Positions 39,942 through 51,093 are shown, numbered from the stretch's first letter. The stretch is 64,000 bases of DNA from Thermoleophilia bacterium (GCA_016780995.1 JADHKZ010000001.1:22473-86472); one strand, 5' to 3'. Numbers and translations are program-made. The notes: a model not told the origin generated them from the sequence alone.

Positions 39942-40603
39942 TGCCAGCGCACCTCCTCACCAAGACCGGCAAGGCCTCCGGCGACGCCGACATGGGCGCC
40001 GAGCTCCAGGCCCAGGCCATCAAGCCGCACCTCATCCACGAGGCCGTCACGGCCGAGATGGCATGGCGTCGCGCCGGCACGCACAGCACGAAGACCCGCA
40101 CCGACGTGAGCGGCGGCGGCAAGAAGCCGTGGCGCCAGAAGGGCACCGGCCGTGCCCGCGCCGGATCCAACCGCTCGCCCATCTGGGTGGGCGGCGGCGT
40201 GGTGTTCGGCCCGCACCCGCGCAGCTACGGCGGCAAGATCAACCGCAAGGCGCACCGCCAGGCGTTCCGCTCGGCCCTCAAGGCCCACGTGGAGCGCGGC
40301 AGCATCGCCGTGATGGAGCCCACCGGCTGGGACGCCCCGTCCACCAAGCGCGCGGCCGAATACCTGGCCACCGCGCCCGAGCAGATGGCCGCGCGCCCGC
40401 TGCTGGTGGTGGTGACCGAGTCGTCGTCGCCCGAGGCCCTGAGCTTCCGCAACATGCGCGACGTGCGCGTGCTGGAGGCCCGCGACATCGAGACCGTCGA
40501 CATCATGGCCGGCCGCTCCGTGCTGGTGGAGCGCGAGGTGTGGGAGCGCTGGAACGGCGCCGCCGCGCCCGCTGCCGCCGACGCCGAGGGAGATGACGCA
40601 TGA
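39941..40603 (+). CDS. rplD: 50S ribosomal protein L4
   Basis: ...THSTKTRTDVSGGGKKPWRQKGTGRARAGSNRSPIWVGGGVVFGP. The ATG overlaps the rplC stop by 1 nt. Confidence 0.95.
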   Translation: MPAHLLTKTGKASGDADMGAELQAQAIKPHLIHEAVTAEMAWRRAGTHSTKTRTDVSGGGKKPWRQKGTGRARAGSNRSPIWVGGGVVFGPHPRSYGGKINRKAHRQAFRSALKAHVERGSIAVMEPTGWDAPSTKRAAEYLATAPEQMAARPLLVVVTESSSPEALSFRNMRDVRVLEARDIETVDIMAGRSVLVEREVWERWNGAAAPAAADAEGDDA

Positions 40604-40911
40604 GCACTGCCAGTGACCTTCGCGGCGACGTCCGCCGCGCCATCGTCAGCCCGGTGGTCTCGGAGAAGAGCTACCTCCTGGTGCAGGCGCACAACCAGTA
40701 CACCTTCCGGGTGCTCGACCATGCCAACAAGGTGGAGATCCGCCAGGCGGTCGAGGAACTGTTCGACGTCACCGTCACCGACGTGCGCGTGGTGAAGGTG
40801 CAGCCCAAGCCCAAGCGGCGCGGGCGCAGCATGGGCACGCGCGCAGGTTGGAAGAAGGCCATCGTCGAGCTCGTGCCCGGCGACTCCATCGACATCTTCG
40901 AGGGCGCCTGA
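40600..40911 (+). CDS. rplW: 50S ribosomal protein L23
   Basis: [48 protein letters not shown]. Confidence 0.95.
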   Translation: MSTASDLRGDVRRAIVSPVVSEKSYLLVQAHNQYTFRVLDHANKVEIRQAVEELFDVTVTDVRVVKVQPKPKRRGRSMGTRAGWKKAIVELVPGDSIDIFEGA

Positions 40912-41759
40912 TGGGTATCCGCAAGCACAAGCCCACCTCGCCGGGTCGCCGGTTCGTGGCCAGCTCCGACTTCGCCGAGGTCACCAAGGCCACGCCCGAG
41001 AAGTCGCTGCTCGAGCCCATCCACAAGACGGGCGGGCGCAACAACAACGGCCGCATCACCACCCGGCACAAGGGTGGCGGGCACAAGCGCCGCTACAGGG
41101 TGATCGACTTCAAGCGCAACAAGGACGGCGTGCCCGCCCGCGTGGCGTCCATCGAGTACGACCCCAACCGCACCGCCCGCATCGCCCTGCTGCACTACGC
41201 CGACGGCGAGAAGCGCTACATCCTGGCGCCGCAGCGCCTGGAGGTGGGCGACACGGTGATGAGCGGCCCCGGCGCCGACATCCGCCCGGGCAACGCCTTG
41301 GCGCTGCGCGACATCCCCACGGGAACGATCGTGCACAACATCGAGCTGCAGATCGGTCGTGGCGGCCAGATGTGCCGCTCCGCCGGCACCGGCGCCCAGC
41401 TCATGGCGAAGGAGGGCGACTACGCCACCCTGCGCCTGCCCAGCTCGGAGATGCGCATGGTGCACATCAACTGCCGCGCCACCGTGGGGCAGATCGGCAA
41501 CTCGTCGCATGCCAACGAGGTGGGCGGCAAGGCCGGTCGCAGCCGCTGGCGCGGCGTCCGTCCGACCGTCCGCGGTTCCGCCATGAACCCGGTGGACCAC
41601 CCGCACGGCGGTGGTGAGGGCAAGAGCAACTCGGGTCGCCACCCGGTGACCCCCTGGGGCAAGCCGACCAACGGGCACCGCACGCGTGACCCGAAGAAGG
41701 CGAGCCAGAAGTTGATCGTCCGCGGTCGCAAGCGCGGCAAGCACACGGAAGGCCGATGA
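40911..41759 (+). CDS. rplB: 50S ribosomal protein L2
   Basis: [25 protein letters not shown]...[22 protein letters not shown]...[13 protein letters not shown]. Confidence 0.97.
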   Translation: MGIRKHKPTSPGRRFVASSDFAEVTKATPEKSLLEPIHKTGGRNNNGRITTRHKGGGHKRRYRVIDFKRNKDGVPARVASIEYDPNRTARIALLHYADGEKRYILAPQRLEVGDTVMSGPGADIRPGNALALRDIPTGTIVHNIELQIGRGGQMCRSAGTGAQLMAKEGDYATLRLPSSEMRMVHINCRATVGQIGNSSHANEVGGKAGRSRWRGVRPTVRGSAMNPVDHPHGGGEGKSNSGRHPVTPWGKPTNGHRTRDPKKASQKLIVRGRKRGKHTEGR

Positions 41760-42034
41760 GCAGAAGCCTCAAGAAGGGTCCGTTCGTCGACCCCAAGCTG
41801 ATGAAGAGGATCGAGGAGATGAACGCCTCCAGCGAGAAGCGCATGCTTCGCACCTGGTCGCGCACGTCCACGATCTTCCCCGAGATGGTGGGCCACACCA
41901 TCGCCGTCCACGACGGTCGCAAGCACGTGCCCGTGTTCATCTCGGAGAGCATGGTGGGCCACAAGCTGGGCGAGTTCGCCCCCACGCGCACCTACAAGGG
42001 CCATGGCGACGACCGACAGACCTCGAGGCGCTGA
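41756..42034 (+). CDS. rpsS: 30S ribosomal protein S19
   Basis: [23 protein letters not shown]...[35 protein letters not shown]. Confidence 0.97.
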   Translation: MSRSLKKGPFVDPKLMKRIEEMNASSEKRMLRTWSRTSTIFPEMVGHTIAVHDGRKHVPVFISESMVGHKLGEFAPTRTYKGHGDDRQTSRR

Positions 42035-42035
42035 C

Positions 42036-42545
42036 GTGAGCACCGAGACCACCGCAGAGGCGACCGAGGCAGAGGTGGAGGCCACCGACGTGGAGGCCAC
42101 CGACGCCGAGGGCACCGAGGCCCCCGAGGCCCCCGAGGCCACGGCCCAGGTCCCGGCGCGCTCCGACAGGGTGCGCAACCGCAAGCCCGCGCGCCCGCAG
42201 GCCACGGCCAAGTTCGTGCGCGTGTCGGCCCGCAAGGCCCGCCTGGTCGCCGACCTCATCCGCGACAAGTCCGTGCCCGAGGCGCAGGCCATCCTGGCCT
42301 TCTCCACCCGCGCGGCCGCCGAGCCGGTGCGCAAGGTGCTGGAGTCGGCCATGGCCAACGCCGACCACAACGCCGGCATGGACGTGCGCGAGATGTACGT
42401 CACCCGCGCCACCATCGACGAGGGCCCCACCATGCGGCGCTTCCGTCCGCGGGCCCAGGGTCGCGCCAGCCGCATCAACAAGCGCACCTGCCACATCACC
42501 ATCGGCCTGGGCATCCCGGGCGCCGACGCAGAGGGACGTGCCTGA
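42036..42545 (+). CDS. rplV: 50S ribosomal protein L22 with an acidic N-terminal extension of about 54 aa
   Basis: Core [32 protein letters not shown]...[25 protein letters not shown] at 42036 lies 1 nt after the rpsS stop with GAGG upstream. The in-frame ATG at 42003 is an alternative. Confidence 0.9.
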   Translation: MSTETTAEATEAEVEATDVEATDAEGTEAPEAPEATAQVPARSDRVRNRKPARPQATAKFVRVSARKARLVADLIRDKSVPEAQAILAFSTRAAAEPVRKVLESAMANADHNAGMDVREMYVTRATIDEGPTMRRFRPRAQGRASRINKRTCHITIGLGIPGADAEGRA

Positions 42546-43348
42546 TGGGACAGAAGGTCAACCCCACCGGATTCCGCATCGGCATCCTCCAGGGCTGGAA
42601 GAGCAACTGGTACACGGAGCGCGACTACGCCGCGTATCTGGATGAGGACCGCGCCGTGCGCGACCACATCACCCGGAAGCTCAGCCACGCCGGCCTGTCG
42701 GACATCCAGATCCGCAAGGACGCCACCAAGCTCACCGTCGACATCATGACCGCCCGCCCGGGCATCGTCATCGGCAAGAGCGGGTCGGAGGTGGACGCCC
42801 TGCGCCGCGAGCTCAACCAGCTCACCGGCAAGCAGATCCAGATCAACATCAACGAGATCAAGCGCCCGGAGCTGGACGCCACCCTGGTGGCCCAGTCCAT
42901 CGCCGAGCAGCTGGAGAACCGCGTCTCGTTCCGCCGCGCCATGAAGCGCGCCCTCACCTCGGCCATGCGCTCGGGTGCCCAGGGCGCCAAGATCCAGTGC
43001 GGCGGGCGCCTCGGCGGTTCCGAGATGTCGCGCTCGGAGCACTACTCCGACGGCCGCGTGCCGCTGCACACCCTGCGCGCCGACATCGACTACGGCTTCG
43101 CAGAGGCCAAGACCACCTTCGGCCGCATCGGCGTGAAGGTGTGGATCAACAAGGGCGAGGTGCTGCCCGAGGGCGTCGTGGATGCCCGCGGTCGCAGCAG
43201 CGATCTCGAGGCCCCGCCCGCCCGACGCCCGCGCCGTGATGGCCGCGGTGGCCCGGGCGGTGGCGGCGGCGGTCGTGGCCGCGGTGGCCAGGGCCGTGGC
43301 GGCCAGGGCGGCGGCCAGGGTGGCCCGCAGGGCCAGGGAGCCAGGTGA
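42545..43348 (+). CDS. rpsC: 30S ribosomal protein S3 with an RGG/GGQ-rich tail
   Basis: [32 protein letters not shown]...[23 protein letters not shown]. Confidence 0.97.
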   Translation: MGQKVNPTGFRIGILQGWKSNWYTERDYAAYLDEDRAVRDHITRKLSHAGLSDIQIRKDATKLTVDIMTARPGIVIGKSGSEVDALRRELNQLTGKQIQININEIKRPELDATLVAQSIAEQLENRVSFRRAMKRALTSAMRSGAQGAKIQCGGRLGGSEMSRSEHYSDGRVPLHTLRADIDYGFAEAKTTFGRIGVKVWINKGEVLPEGVVDARGRSSDLEAPPARRPRRDGRGGPGGGGGGRGRGGQGRGGQGGGQGGPQGQGAR

Positions 43349-43352
43349 CGCC

Positions 43353-43766
43353 ATGCTGATGCCCAAGCGCACCAAGTACCGCAAGGCGCACCGCGGCCGT
43401 CGCCGTGGCGAGGCCAAGGGGAACCAGGAAGTCCACTTCGGCCAGTACGGCCTCAAGTCGCTCGAGAACGGCTGGATCACCAACCGCCAGATCGAGAGCG
43501 CCCGTGTGGCCATGACCCGCTACATCAAGCGCCAGGGCAAGGTGTGGATCAACCTGTTCCCACACCTTCCCGTCACCAAGAAGCCGGCCGAGACCCGCAT
43601 GGGCTCGGGCAAGGGCTCGCCCGAGGGCTGGGTGGCCGTGGTGAAGCCGGGCAAGGTCATGTTCGAGCTGTCGGGCGTGCCCGAGGAGACCGCGCGCGAG
43701 GCCATGCGCCTGGCCGCCATGAAGCTGCCCGTCAAGTGCAAGTTCGTCATCCGCGAGGACGCCTAG
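43353..43766 (+). CDS. rplP: 50S ribosomal protein L16
   Basis: [38 protein letters not shown]. Confidence 0.97.
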   Translation: MLMPKRTKYRKAHRGRRRGEAKGNQEVHFGQYGLKSLENGWITNRQIESARVAMTRYIKRQGKVWINLFPHLPVTKKPAETRMGSGKGSPEGWVAVVKPGKVMFELSGVPEETAREAMRLAAMKLPVKCKFVIREDA

Positions 43767-43769
43767 GCA

Positions 43770-43991
43770 ATGCCCACCCAGAAGGCCACTGAACTGCGCG
43801 AGCTGTCCGACGACCAGCTCGCCATCCAGCTCGAGGACGCCCGCCAGGCGCTGTTCAACCTGCGGTTCCAGCTGCCCACGGGCGCGCTGGAGCGCACGAG
43901 CGAGATCCAGATCCGCAAGCGGGAGATCGCCCGCATCCTTACCGTCGCGCGTGAGCGCGAGATCGCCGCGCAGGAGGCAGCACGTGGCTGA
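43770..43991 (+). CDS. rpmC: 50S ribosomal protein L29
   Basis: [52 protein letters not shown]. Confidence 0.95.
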   Translation: MPTQKATELRELSDDQLAIQLEDARQALFNLRFQLPTGALERTSEIQIRKREIARILTVAREREIAAQEAARG

Positions 43992-44262
43992 GGCCAAGAC
44001 ACCGCAGGAGAGCGTGGCCGCACGCAAGGTGCGCCAGGGCGTGGTGGTGAGCGACTCCCGCGACCGCACCATCACCGTGCGGGTGGACACCTCGCGCCGT
44101 CACCCCATCTACGGCAAGACCGTCCGCTCGTCGTCCAAGCTGCACGCCCATGACGAGCAGAACCAGGCCGGCGTGGGCGACGTGGTGCGGGTCATCGAGA
44201 CCCGGCCGCTGTCCAAGCAGAAGCGCTGGCGCCTGGTCGAGATCGTCGAGAAGGCCCGCTAG
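43984..44262 (+). CDS. rpsQ: 30S ribosomal protein S17
   Basis: [48 protein letters not shown] at 43984 lies 6 nt after AGGAGG. Confidence 0.93.
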   Translation: MAEAKTPQESVAARKVRQGVVVSDSRDRTITVRVDTSRRHPIYGKTVRSSSKLHAHDEQNQAGVGDVVRVIETRPLSKQKRWRLVEIVEKAR

Positions 44263-44271
44263 GAGCACCTG

Positions 44272-44640
44272 ATGATCCAGAACGAATCACGACTCCGCGT
44301 GGCGGACAACACCGGTGCCCGCGAGATCCTGTGCATCCGCGTGCTGGGTGGCAGCCGGCGTCGCTACGCCCACGTGGGCGACACCATCGTGGCCACCGTC
44401 AAGCAGGCCACCCCCAACGGCGCCGTGAAGAAGGGCGACGTGGTGAAGGCCGTCGTGGTGCGCACCAAGAAGGCGCACCCGCGCGATGACGGCACGTTCA
44501 TCGCCTTCGACGAGAACGCCGCGGTCATCATCGACAACGCCCAGAACCCGCGCGGTACCCGCATCTTCGGGCCGGTGGCCCGCGAGCTGCGCGAGAAGCA
44601 GTTCATGAAGATCGTCTCCCTCGCACCGGAGGTGCTGTAG
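44272..44640 (+). CDS. rplN: 50S ribosomal protein L14
   Basis: [44 protein letters not shown]. Confidence 0.97.
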   Translation: MIQNESRLRVADNTGAREILCIRVLGGSRRRYAHVGDTIVATVKQATPNGAVKKGDVVKAVVVRTKKAHPRDDGTFIAFDENAAVIIDNAQNPRGTRIFGPVARELREKQFMKIVSLAPEVL

Positions 44641-44954
44641 TGCCTGCGCGCGTGAAGAAGGGCGACACCGTCATGTGCATCGCCGGCAAGGACAAGGGCC
44701 GCACCGGCACCGTGCTGGAGGTCCGTCCGGACGAGCAGCGCGTGGTGGTGGAGGGCATCAACATCATGAAGCGCCACACCAAGGCGCGTCCGCCGGACGA
44801 CCCGGGCGGGATCATCGAGAAGCCCGCCCCCATGCACCTCTCGAACGTCATGCCCGTGGATCCGTCCGACAAGAAGCCATGCCGGGTCCGCATCGAGGAG
44901 AAGGACGGGGAGCGCATCCGCGTGTCCACCCGTACCGGGAAGGCCCTGGATTGA
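44640..44954 (+). CDS. rplX: 50S ribosomal protein L24
   Basis: [44 protein letters not shown]. Confidence 0.95.
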   Translation: MPARVKKGDTVMCIAGKDKGRTGTVLEVRPDEQRVVVEGINIMKRHTKARPPDDPGGIIEKPAPMHLSNVMPVDPSDKKPCRVRIEEKDGERIRVSTRTGKALD

Positions 44955-45586
44955 GCACCGACACCGCCATTCCGCCCGCACGCCTCAAGGCGCGCTACGA
45001 GGACGAGATCCGGCCCAAGCTGCAGGAGCAGTTCGGCTACGACTCGCCCATGCAGCACCCGCGCATCGAGAAGATCACGCTCAACATGGGCGTGGGCGAC
45101 GCCAAGCAGAACAGCAAGGTGCTGGACGAGGCCGTGGAGGAGCTGGCGCTCATCGCCGGCCAGCGCCCGGCCATCACCAAGGCCCGCAAGTCCATCGCCC
45201 AGTTCAAGCTGCGCGAGGGCATGCCCATCGGCGCCAAGGTCACGCTTCGCGGCGCACGCATGTGGGAGTTCCTGGACCGCCTCAACACGGTGGCCCTGCC
45301 CCGCATCCGGGACTTCCGGGGCATCAACCCCGACGGCTTCGACGGCCGCGGCAACTACAACCTGGGCCTGCGCGAGCAGACCATCTTCCCGGAGATCGAC
45401 TACGACAAGGTGGGCGCTGTCCGGGGCCTGAACGTCACCATCACCACGTCGGCCAACACCGACGAGGAGGCCCGGGCGCTGCTCACGGCCCTGGGCATGC
45501 CGTTCCGTGCGGAGGGCTACAGCGCCGAGGAGCGCGCCGCCCGCCGCCGCAAGAAGATGCGCAAGCACCGCGGACGCAAGCGATAG
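44951..45586 (+). CDS. rplE: 50S ribosomal protein L5 (basic C-terminal extension)
   Basis: [41 protein letters not shown]. The TTG at 44951 overlaps the rplX stop (TTGA). Confidence 0.93.
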   Translation: MSTDTAIPPARLKARYEDEIRPKLQEQFGYDSPMQHPRIEKITLNMGVGDAKQNSKVLDEAVEELALIAGQRPAITKARKSIAQFKLREGMPIGAKVTLRGARMWEFLDRLNTVALPRIRDFRGINPDGFDGRGNYNLGLREQTIFPEIDYDKVGAVRGLNVTITTSANTDEEARALLTALGMPFRAEGYSAEERAARRRKKMRKHRGRKR

Positions 45587-45604
45587 AGGAAGGTTCACCA
45601 GAAC

Positions 45605-45790
45605 GTGGCGAAGACATCCCTCAAGGTGAAGGCCTCGCGGCCGACCAAGTACCGCACGCAGGCGTACACGCGCTGCCACAAGTGCGGTCGGTCGCGCGCG
45701 GTGTTCCGCAAGTTCGGCCTGTGCCGCATCTGCCTGCGCGAGGAGGCCCACGCGGGCCACATCCCCGGCATGACGAAGTCGAGCTGGTAA
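45605..45790 (+). CDS. rpsZ: 30S ribosomal protein S14 type Z (zinc-binding)
   Basis: [45 protein letters not shown], 61 aa with CxxC...CxxC. Confidence 0.95.
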   Translation: MAKTSLKVKASRPTKYRTQAYTRCHKCGRSRAVFRKFGLCRICLREEAHAGHIPGMTKSSW

Positions 45791-45794
45791 CCCC

Positions 45795-46190
45795 ATGCTG
45801 ACCGATCCCATCGCAGACATGCTCACGCGCATCCGCAACGCCAACATGGCGCTGCACGACACCGTGGAGATGCCGGGCAGCCGGCTCAAGTCCGACATCG
45901 CGCGCGTGCTCGAGGAGCAGGGCTACATCGTGGGGTACGACACCTCCACCGATGGCACCCGCTCCACGCTCACCATCAAGCTCAAGTACGACGACGACCG
46001 TCGTCGGGTGATCACCGGCATCGACCGCGTGTCCAAGCCCGGCCGTCGCGTGTACGCCGACAAGGACTCCCTGCCCAAGGTTCTGGGTGGCATGGGCGTC
46101 GCCATCATCTCGACCTCCCAGGGTCTCCTCACGGGCCACGAGGCCCGCCGCCGCGGTGTGGGCGGCGAGGTCCTGTGCACGGTCTGGTAG
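45795..46190 (+). CDS. rpsH: 30S ribosomal protein S8
   Basis: [45 protein letters not shown]. Confidence 0.97.
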   Translation: MLTDPIADMLTRIRNANMALHDTVEMPGSRLKSDIARVLEEQGYIVGYDTSTDGTRSTLTIKLKYDDDRRRVITGIDRVSKPGRRVYADKDSLPKVLGGMGVAIISTSQGLLTGHEARRRGVGGEVLCTVW

Positions 46191-46203
46191 GGGAGGAGCG
46201 ACC

Positions 46204-46737
46204 GTGAGCCGAATCGGACGCGCGCCCATCACGGTGCCCAGCGGGGTCACCGTGGACATCTCGGGCCAGAAGGTCTCCGTCAAGGGGCCCAAGGGCGAGT
46301 TGGCGCACACGGTGGTGGAGCCCATCCGCATCGCGCAGGAGGACGGCGCGCTGGTGGTCACGCGCCCCACCGACCGTGGCCCGCATCGCGCCCTGCACGG
46401 GCTGTCGCGCACCCTGGTGGCCAACATGGTCACGGGCGTCACCGACGGATTCCAGCGCAAGCTCGAGCTGGTGGGCGTGGGATACCGTGCCCAGCTCAAG
46501 GGCAAGAACCTCGAGCTGGCCGTGGGCTTCTCGCACCCGGTCACGTTCGAGCCGCCGGAGGGCATCACGTTCGAGGTGCCGGAGCCCACGCAGATCGTGG
46601 TCTCGGGCATCGACAAGCAGAAGGTCGGCCAGATCGCATCGGAGATCCGCCGCGTGCGGCCGCCCGAGCCCTACAAGGGCAAGGGCATCCGCTACGAGGG
46701 CGAGGTCGTGCGTCGCAAGGTCGGGAAGAGGGCCTAG
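46204..46737 (+). CDS. rplF: 50S ribosomal protein L6
   Basis: [33 protein letters not shown]...[14 protein letters not shown]. Confidence 0.97.
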   Translation: MSRIGRAPITVPSGVTVDISGQKVSVKGPKGELAHTVVEPIRIAQEDGALVVTRPTDRGPHRALHGLSRTLVANMVTGVTDGFQRKLELVGVGYRAQLKGKNLELAVGFSHPVTFEPPEGITFEVPEPTQIVVSGIDKQKVGQIASEIRRVRPPEPYKGKGIRYEGEVVRRKVGKRA

Positions 46738-46742
46738 GAGAG

Positions 46743-47096
46743 ATGGGCAAGATCAGCACTCGCGACGCCCGCGCGCGTCGTCACCGCCGCGTCCGCGGCA
46801 AGGTCCACGGCACCGCCGAGCGCCCGCGCCTGTCGGTGTCGCGTTCCAACCTGCGCATCTACGCGCAGCTCATCGACGACGACCGCGGCCACACCGTGGC
46901 GGCGGCCGGCTCGCACGAGGCACCCCTCAAGGGCATGCCCAAGGGCGACGCCGCCTCCGAGGTGGGCAAGCTGCTCGCCGAGCGCGGCAAGGCCGCCGGC
47001 GTCACCCGCGTGGTCTTCGACCGCGGCGGTTACCTGTATCACGGCCGGGTCAAGTCCCTGGCCGACGGCGCCCGCGAGGGCGGGCTCGAGTTCTAG
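46743..47096 (+). CDS. rplR: 50S ribosomal protein L18
   Basis: [37 protein letters not shown]...[26 protein letters not shown]. Confidence 0.97.
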   Translation: MGKISTRDARARRHRRVRGKVHGTAERPRLSVSRSNLRIYAQLIDDDRGHTVAAAGSHEAPLKGMPKGDAASEVGKLLAERGKAAGVTRVVFDRGGYLYHGRVKSLADGAREGGLEF

Positions 47097-47113
47097 GACC
47101 GGGAAAGAGAGAC

Positions 47114-47695
47114 ATGGCAGAGCGCAGGCGCGACAAGGTCTCGACTGAGGGCGTGGAGCTCTCCGAGCGCGTGGTGCAGGTGAACCGCGTCGCCAAGGTC
47201 GTCAAGGGCGGCCGCCGCTTCTCGTTCTCGGCCCTGGTGGTCGTGGGCAACGAGGTCGACGCGGTGGGCGTGGGTCACGGCAAGGCCAACGAGGTTCCGC
47301 TGGCCATCCAGAAGGCCGTGGACGACGCCAAGAAGAACATGTTCCGCGTGCCGCGGTACGGCTCCACCATCCCGCACCAGACCATCGGTCACCACGGGGC
47401 CGGCCGCGTGCTGCTGAAGCCCGCCGCGCCGGGTACCGGCGTCATCGCCGGCGGCGGCGTGCGCGCCGTGCTCGAGCTTGCCGGCGTGCGCGACATCCTC
47501 AGCAAGTCGCTGGGCACCACCAACCCGGTCAACCTGGTCACCGCCACGGTCAACGGCCTCAAGAGCCTGCGCACCCCCGAAGAGGTGGCCAAGCTGCGCG
47601 GCAAGACCGTGGCCGAGGTGCTGGGCACCTCCGGCGGCAGCACCAAGCCCGCCGACGACGTGGTGGCCGAGGCCGCCGAGGAGGTCACGGCGTGA
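47114..47695 (+). CDS. rpsE: 30S ribosomal protein S5
   Basis: [54 protein letters not shown]. Confidence 0.97.
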   Translation: MAERRRDKVSTEGVELSERVVQVNRVAKVVKGGRRFSFSALVVVGNEVDAVGVGHGKANEVPLAIQKAVDDAKKNMFRVPRYGSTIPHQTIGHHGAGRVLLKPAAPGTGVIAGGGVRAVLELAGVRDILSKSLGTTNPVNLVTATVNGLKSLRTPEEVAKLRGKTVAEVLGTSGGSTKPADDVVAEAAEEVTA

Positions 47696-47883
47696 GCGCG
47701 CTCAAGGTCACCCAGGTGCGTTCCGAGATCGGCAGCACCCAGCGCCACCGCGGCACCCTGCGCGCGCTGGGCCTTGGCCGCATCGGCAAGACCGCCGTGC
47801 ACGAGGACTCGCCCCAGCTCCAGGGGGCCCTGCGCAAGGTGGCCAACCTGGTCGAGGTGGAGGAGATCACCAGTGGCAGCTGA
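47692..47883 (+). CDS. rpmD: 50S ribosomal protein L30
   Basis: [47 protein letters not shown]. Confidence 0.95.
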   Translation: MSALKVTQVRSEIGSTQRHRGTLRALGLGRIGKTAVHEDSPQLQGALRKVANLVEVEEITSGS

Positions 47884-48406
47884 CGAGCCCAAGGTCACCG
47901 GCGAGGTGGACCCCGAAGACGTGCGCCTGGAGAGCCTGGGCCCCAACCCCGGCGCCCGGCACCGTCGCAAGCGCGTGGGCCGCGGCCCCGGCTCGGGCAA
48001 GGGCAAGACCTGCGGTCGCGGCATGAAGGGCGCCGGCGCGCGCTCGGGCCCCGGCCCGCGCCCCGGCTACCGCGGCGGCACCATTCCCATCCATATGCAG
48101 AAGGGCAAGCTGCGCGGCCCCAATCACAAGAAGTCCATGCCCATCGGGCCGTTCCGCACCCACTCGGTGCCGGTCAACGTGGGCGCGCTGGCCAAGGCGT
48201 TCTCGGCCGGTGACGTGGTGGACGCCGAGGCGCTGGCCCAGCACGGCCTGGTGAAGAACAACGCCAACCGCGACTACCCGGTGAAGCTGCTGGCGCAGGG
48301 CGACATCGCCCACGCCCTCACCGTGCGCGTGGACCAGGCGTCTGCCGCTGCCGTGGCCAAGATCGAGGCGGCCGGCGGCCGCGTCGAGCTCACCGGCAAG
48401 GAGTAG
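47873..48406 (+). CDS. rplO: 50S ribosomal protein L15
   Basis: LESLGPNPGARHRRKRVGRGPGSGKGKTCGRGMKG. GTG at 47873 lies 7 nt after GGAGGAG. The GTG at 47921 (VRLESLGP...) is an alternative start. Confidence 0.9.
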   Translation: MAADEPKVTGEVDPEDVRLESLGPNPGARHRRKRVGRGPGSGKGKTCGRGMKGAGARSGPGPRPGYRGGTIPIHMQKGKLRGPNHKKSMPIGPFRTHSVPVNVGALAKAFSAGDVVDAEALAQHGLVKNNANRDYPVKLLAQGDIAHALTVRVDQASAAAVAKIEAAGGRVELTGKE

Positions 48407-48430
48407 GACGCCCACGCCCGGGCGCCGCTG

Positions 48431-49696
48431 ATGCTCCAGGCCATGCTCAACTCGCTCCGGTCCCCGGAGCTGAGAAAGAAGCTTTGGTTCACGGCGGCGA
48501 TGCTGCTGGTGTTCCGCTTCGGCTCGTTCGTGCCGGTGCCGGGCGTGGAGCCCGACCGCCTGGCCGCCGCGCTGGAGAGCCAGGGCACCACCAACATCCT
48601 CAACTTCCTCAACCTGTTCGCGGGAGGCGCGCTCACGCGCTTCGCCGTGTTCGCGCTGGGGATCATGCCGTACATCACCGCGAGCATCATCCTGCAGCTG
48701 CTCACGGTGGTCATCCCGTCGCTCGAGCGCCTCCAGAAGGAGGGCGAGTCGGGCTACGCCAAGATCACGCAGTACACCCGGTACCTCACGGTGGGGCTGG
48801 CGGCCATGCAGTCGCTGGCCTACGTGGCGTACTTCCGCGCGCAGGATGCCCTGCCGGGCGTGGGCTGGTCGCGCGCATTCCTCATCATCATCACCCTCAC
48901 GGCCGGCACCACGCTGGTCATGTGGATCGGCGAGCTCATCACGCAGCACGGCGTGGGCAACGGCATCTCGCTGCTCATCTTCGTGTCGATCGTGTCGGCG
49001 CTGCCCGACGCCATCCGCGGCTGGCTGGGCCTGCCGCCGATCACCGCGGTGATCATCGGCATCATCGCCCTGGCCATCGTGGTGGGCATCGTGTTCGTGA
49101 ACGAGGGCGTGCGCCGCATCCCCATCCAGTACGCCAAGCGGCAGGTGGGGCGCCGCATGACATCCGGTGGCAGTACCTACATGCCCATCCGCGTGAACAT
49201 GGCGGGAGTGATCCCGGTCATCTTCGCGGCGTCCATCACCATCCTGCCGCCCACCATCGCCGAGCTGGCCGGTGGCCAGGGCTGGGCCCAGGGCGTGGCC
49301 GACTTCCTGTCGCCGGGGTCCTGGTGGTTCATCGCGTTCGAGGGCCTGCTCATCGTCCTCTTCACGTACTTCTACACCGCGGTGCAGTTCAACCCCACCG
49401 ACCAGGCCGACAACCTCAAGAAGTACGGCGGGTTCATCCCCGGCGTGCGCCCGGGCCGGCCCACGGCCATCTACCTGGACCGCGTGGTCAGCCGCCTCAC
49501 CCTGCCCGGCGCCATCTACCTGGCGCTGGTGGCCGAGTTCCCCAACATCATCTTCCGGTACCTGCCGGAGAGCAACGTGTTCTTCGGGCTCTTCGGCGGC
49601 ACGTCAATCCTCATCGTCGTGGGCGTGGCGCTCGACACCATGCGCCAGATGGAGGCCCAGCTGATGATGCGCAACTACGAAGGATTCCTCCAATAG
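48431..49696 (+). CDS. secY: preprotein translocase subunit SecY
   Basis: LRKKLWFTAAMLLVFRFGSFVPVPGV...FALGIMPYITASIILQLL... Confidence 0.97.
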   Translation: MLQAMLNSLRSPELRKKLWFTAAMLLVFRFGSFVPVPGVEPDRLAAALESQGTTNILNFLNLFAGGALTRFAVFALGIMPYITASIILQLLTVVIPSLERLQKEGESGYAKITQYTRYLTVGLAAMQSLAYVAYFRAQDALPGVGWSRAFLIIITLTAGTTLVMWIGELITQHGVGNGISLLIFVSIVSALPDAIRGWLGLPPITAVIIGIIALAIVVGIVFVNEGVRRIPIQYAKRQVGRRMTSGGSTYMPIRVNMAGVIPVIFAASITILPPTIAELAGGQGWAQGVADFLSPGSWWFIAFEGLLIVLFTYFYTAVQFNPTDQADNLKKYGGFIPGVRPGRPTAIYLDRVVSRLTLPGAIYLALVAEFPNIIFRYLPESNVFFGLFGGTSILIVVGVALDTMRQMEAQLMMRNYEGFLQ

Positions 49697-50331
49697 CCCG
49701 CCTCGTCCTGTTTGGTCCTCCCGGTGCCGGCAAGGGCACCCAGGCAGAGCTGCTCAAGGAGCGGGGCCTGCTGCACCTGTCCACCGGCGACCTGCTGCGC
49801 GCCGCGGTGAAGCAGGGCACGCCGCTGGGCCTGGAGGCCAAGGGCTACATGGACGCCGGTGACCTCGTGCCCGACCAGGTGGTCATCGGAATGATCCGCG
49901 AGGCCCTCACCGGCCGCACCGACGACTTCATGCTGGACGGCTTCCCGCGCACCATCGCGCAGGCCGAGGCGCTGGACGCCATGCTGGCCGAGGTGGGCGC
50001 GCCCGTCGACGCGGTGATCTCGTTCGAGGTGCCGCGCGACGAGTTGGTGCGTCGCCTGGGCGGCCGGTGGATCTGCCGGGCCTGCGGCAAGAGCTACCAC
50101 GAGGTGAGCAACCCCTACGGCGGCGAGCCCTGCTCGGCCGGCGCGGCGGAGTGCGACCTCTACCAGCGTGATGACGACCGCCCCGAGGCCGTGGCCAACC
50201 GCCTCGACGTGTACGACCAGCAGACCTCCCCGCTCATCGCCTACTACGAGTCGCGCGGCGTGCTGCGGCGCGTGGACGGCGGCCTGTCGCTGGACGAGGT
50301 GCAGGCGCAGGTTGTCGAAGCGATCGCGTAG
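49693..50331 (+). CDS. adk: adenylate kinase (long Cys-containing lid); no canonical start, probable ATA (or ATT at 49684)
   Basis: ARLVLFGPPGAGKGTQAELLKERGLLHLSTGDLLRAAV...GFPRTIAQAEAL. No ATG/GTG/TTG lies between about 35 codons upstream and the P-loop. The ATA at 49693 overlaps the secY TAG, with GAAGGA 9 nt upstream. Confidence 0.85.
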   Translation: MARLVLFGPPGAGKGTQAELLKERGLLHLSTGDLLRAAVKQGTPLGLEAKGYMDAGDLVPDQVVIGMIREALTGRTDDFMLDGFPRTIAQAEALDAMLAEVGAPVDAVISFEVPRDELVRRLGGRWICRACGKSYHEVSNPYGGEPCSAGAAECDLYQRDDDRPEAVANRLDVYDQQTSPLIAYYESRGVLRRVDGGLSLDEVQAQVVEAIA

Positions 50332-51091
50332 CACCGCGGGGCCCATCCCCAAGACGCCGGCCGAGGTCGACGCCATGGCGGCCAGCGGCGCCGTGCTGGC
50401 CGAGTGCCTCGACCTGCTCGAGGCCGCGGTGGCCCCGGGCGTCACCACGCTCGAGCTGGACCAGATGGCCGAGGAATTCATCCGCAGCCGCGATGGCGTG
50501 CCGTCGTTCAAGGGCTACCACGGGTTCCCCGGATCCATCTGCCCGTCGGTCAACGAGGAGGTGGTGCACGCCATCCCCGGTCCCTACGCGCTGGCCGACG
50601 GCGACATCATCAGCATCGACTGCGGGGTGACCCTGGACGGCTGGGTGAGCGACTCCGCCCGCACCATCGCCGTGGGCCAGGTGAGCCAGGTGGCCACCGA
50701 CCTCATGGACGCCACGCGCAGGTCACTGGCCGCAGGGATAAGCCAGGCCCGCCCGGGCAACCGCACCGGCGACATCGGCGCGGCAGTGCAGGACGTGGTG
50801 GAGCGCGCCGGGTTCAGCGTGGTGCGCACCCTGGTGGGCCACGGCGTGGGGCGCAGCATGCACGAGGAGCCGCAGGTGCCCAACTTCGGGCAGCCCGGCA
50901 CCGGGGTGCGGCTGGAGGAGGGCGTGGTGATCGCCATCGAGCCCATGGTCACCGAGAAGGATCCCGAGGTGGTGCTGGGGGGCGATGGCTGGGTGGTGTC
51001 CACCAGGGACATGGGCCTGGCGGCGCACTTCGAGCACACCGTGGCCATCACGGCATCGGGCCCCCGCATCCTCACGCGGGTGAGCACATGA
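50312..51091 (+). CDS. map: methionine aminopeptidase type I
   Basis: [20 protein letters not shown]...[24 protein letters not shown]...DIISIDCG...[12 protein letters not shown]...IEPM. TTG at 50312 is the start proposed here. Confidence 0.9.
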   Translation: MSKRSRSTAGPIPKTPAEVDAMAASGAVLAECLDLLEAAVAPGVTTLELDQMAEEFIRSRDGVPSFKGYHGFPGSICPSVNEEVVHAIPGPYALADGDIISIDCGVTLDGWVSDSARTIAVGQVSQVATDLMDATRRSLAAGISQARPGNRTGDIGAAVQDVVERAGFSVVRTLVGHGVGRSMHEEPQVPNFGQPGTGVRLEEGVVIAIEPMVTEKDPEVVLGGDGWVVSTRDMGLAAHFEHTVAITASGPRILTRVST

Positions 51092-51093
51092 CG

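Noticed and set aside
43193-43345. GGC/CAG-rich tandem repeats here, and GAG/GCC repeats at 14696-14908 and 42036-42197, as a possible CRISPR or VNTR array.
   Set aside because: They are in-frame low-complexity tails of S3, L10 and L22. They have no regular repeat-spacer organisation.
48484-50331. Track ORF start at 48484 for adk, and likewise 56965 for ligA, 39095 for rplD, 46376 for rpsE and 10757 for rpmG.
   Set aside because: These extensions run through the preceding conserved gene in another frame and add Arg/Pro/His-rich junk. Homology to the real protein begins only near the downstream junction.
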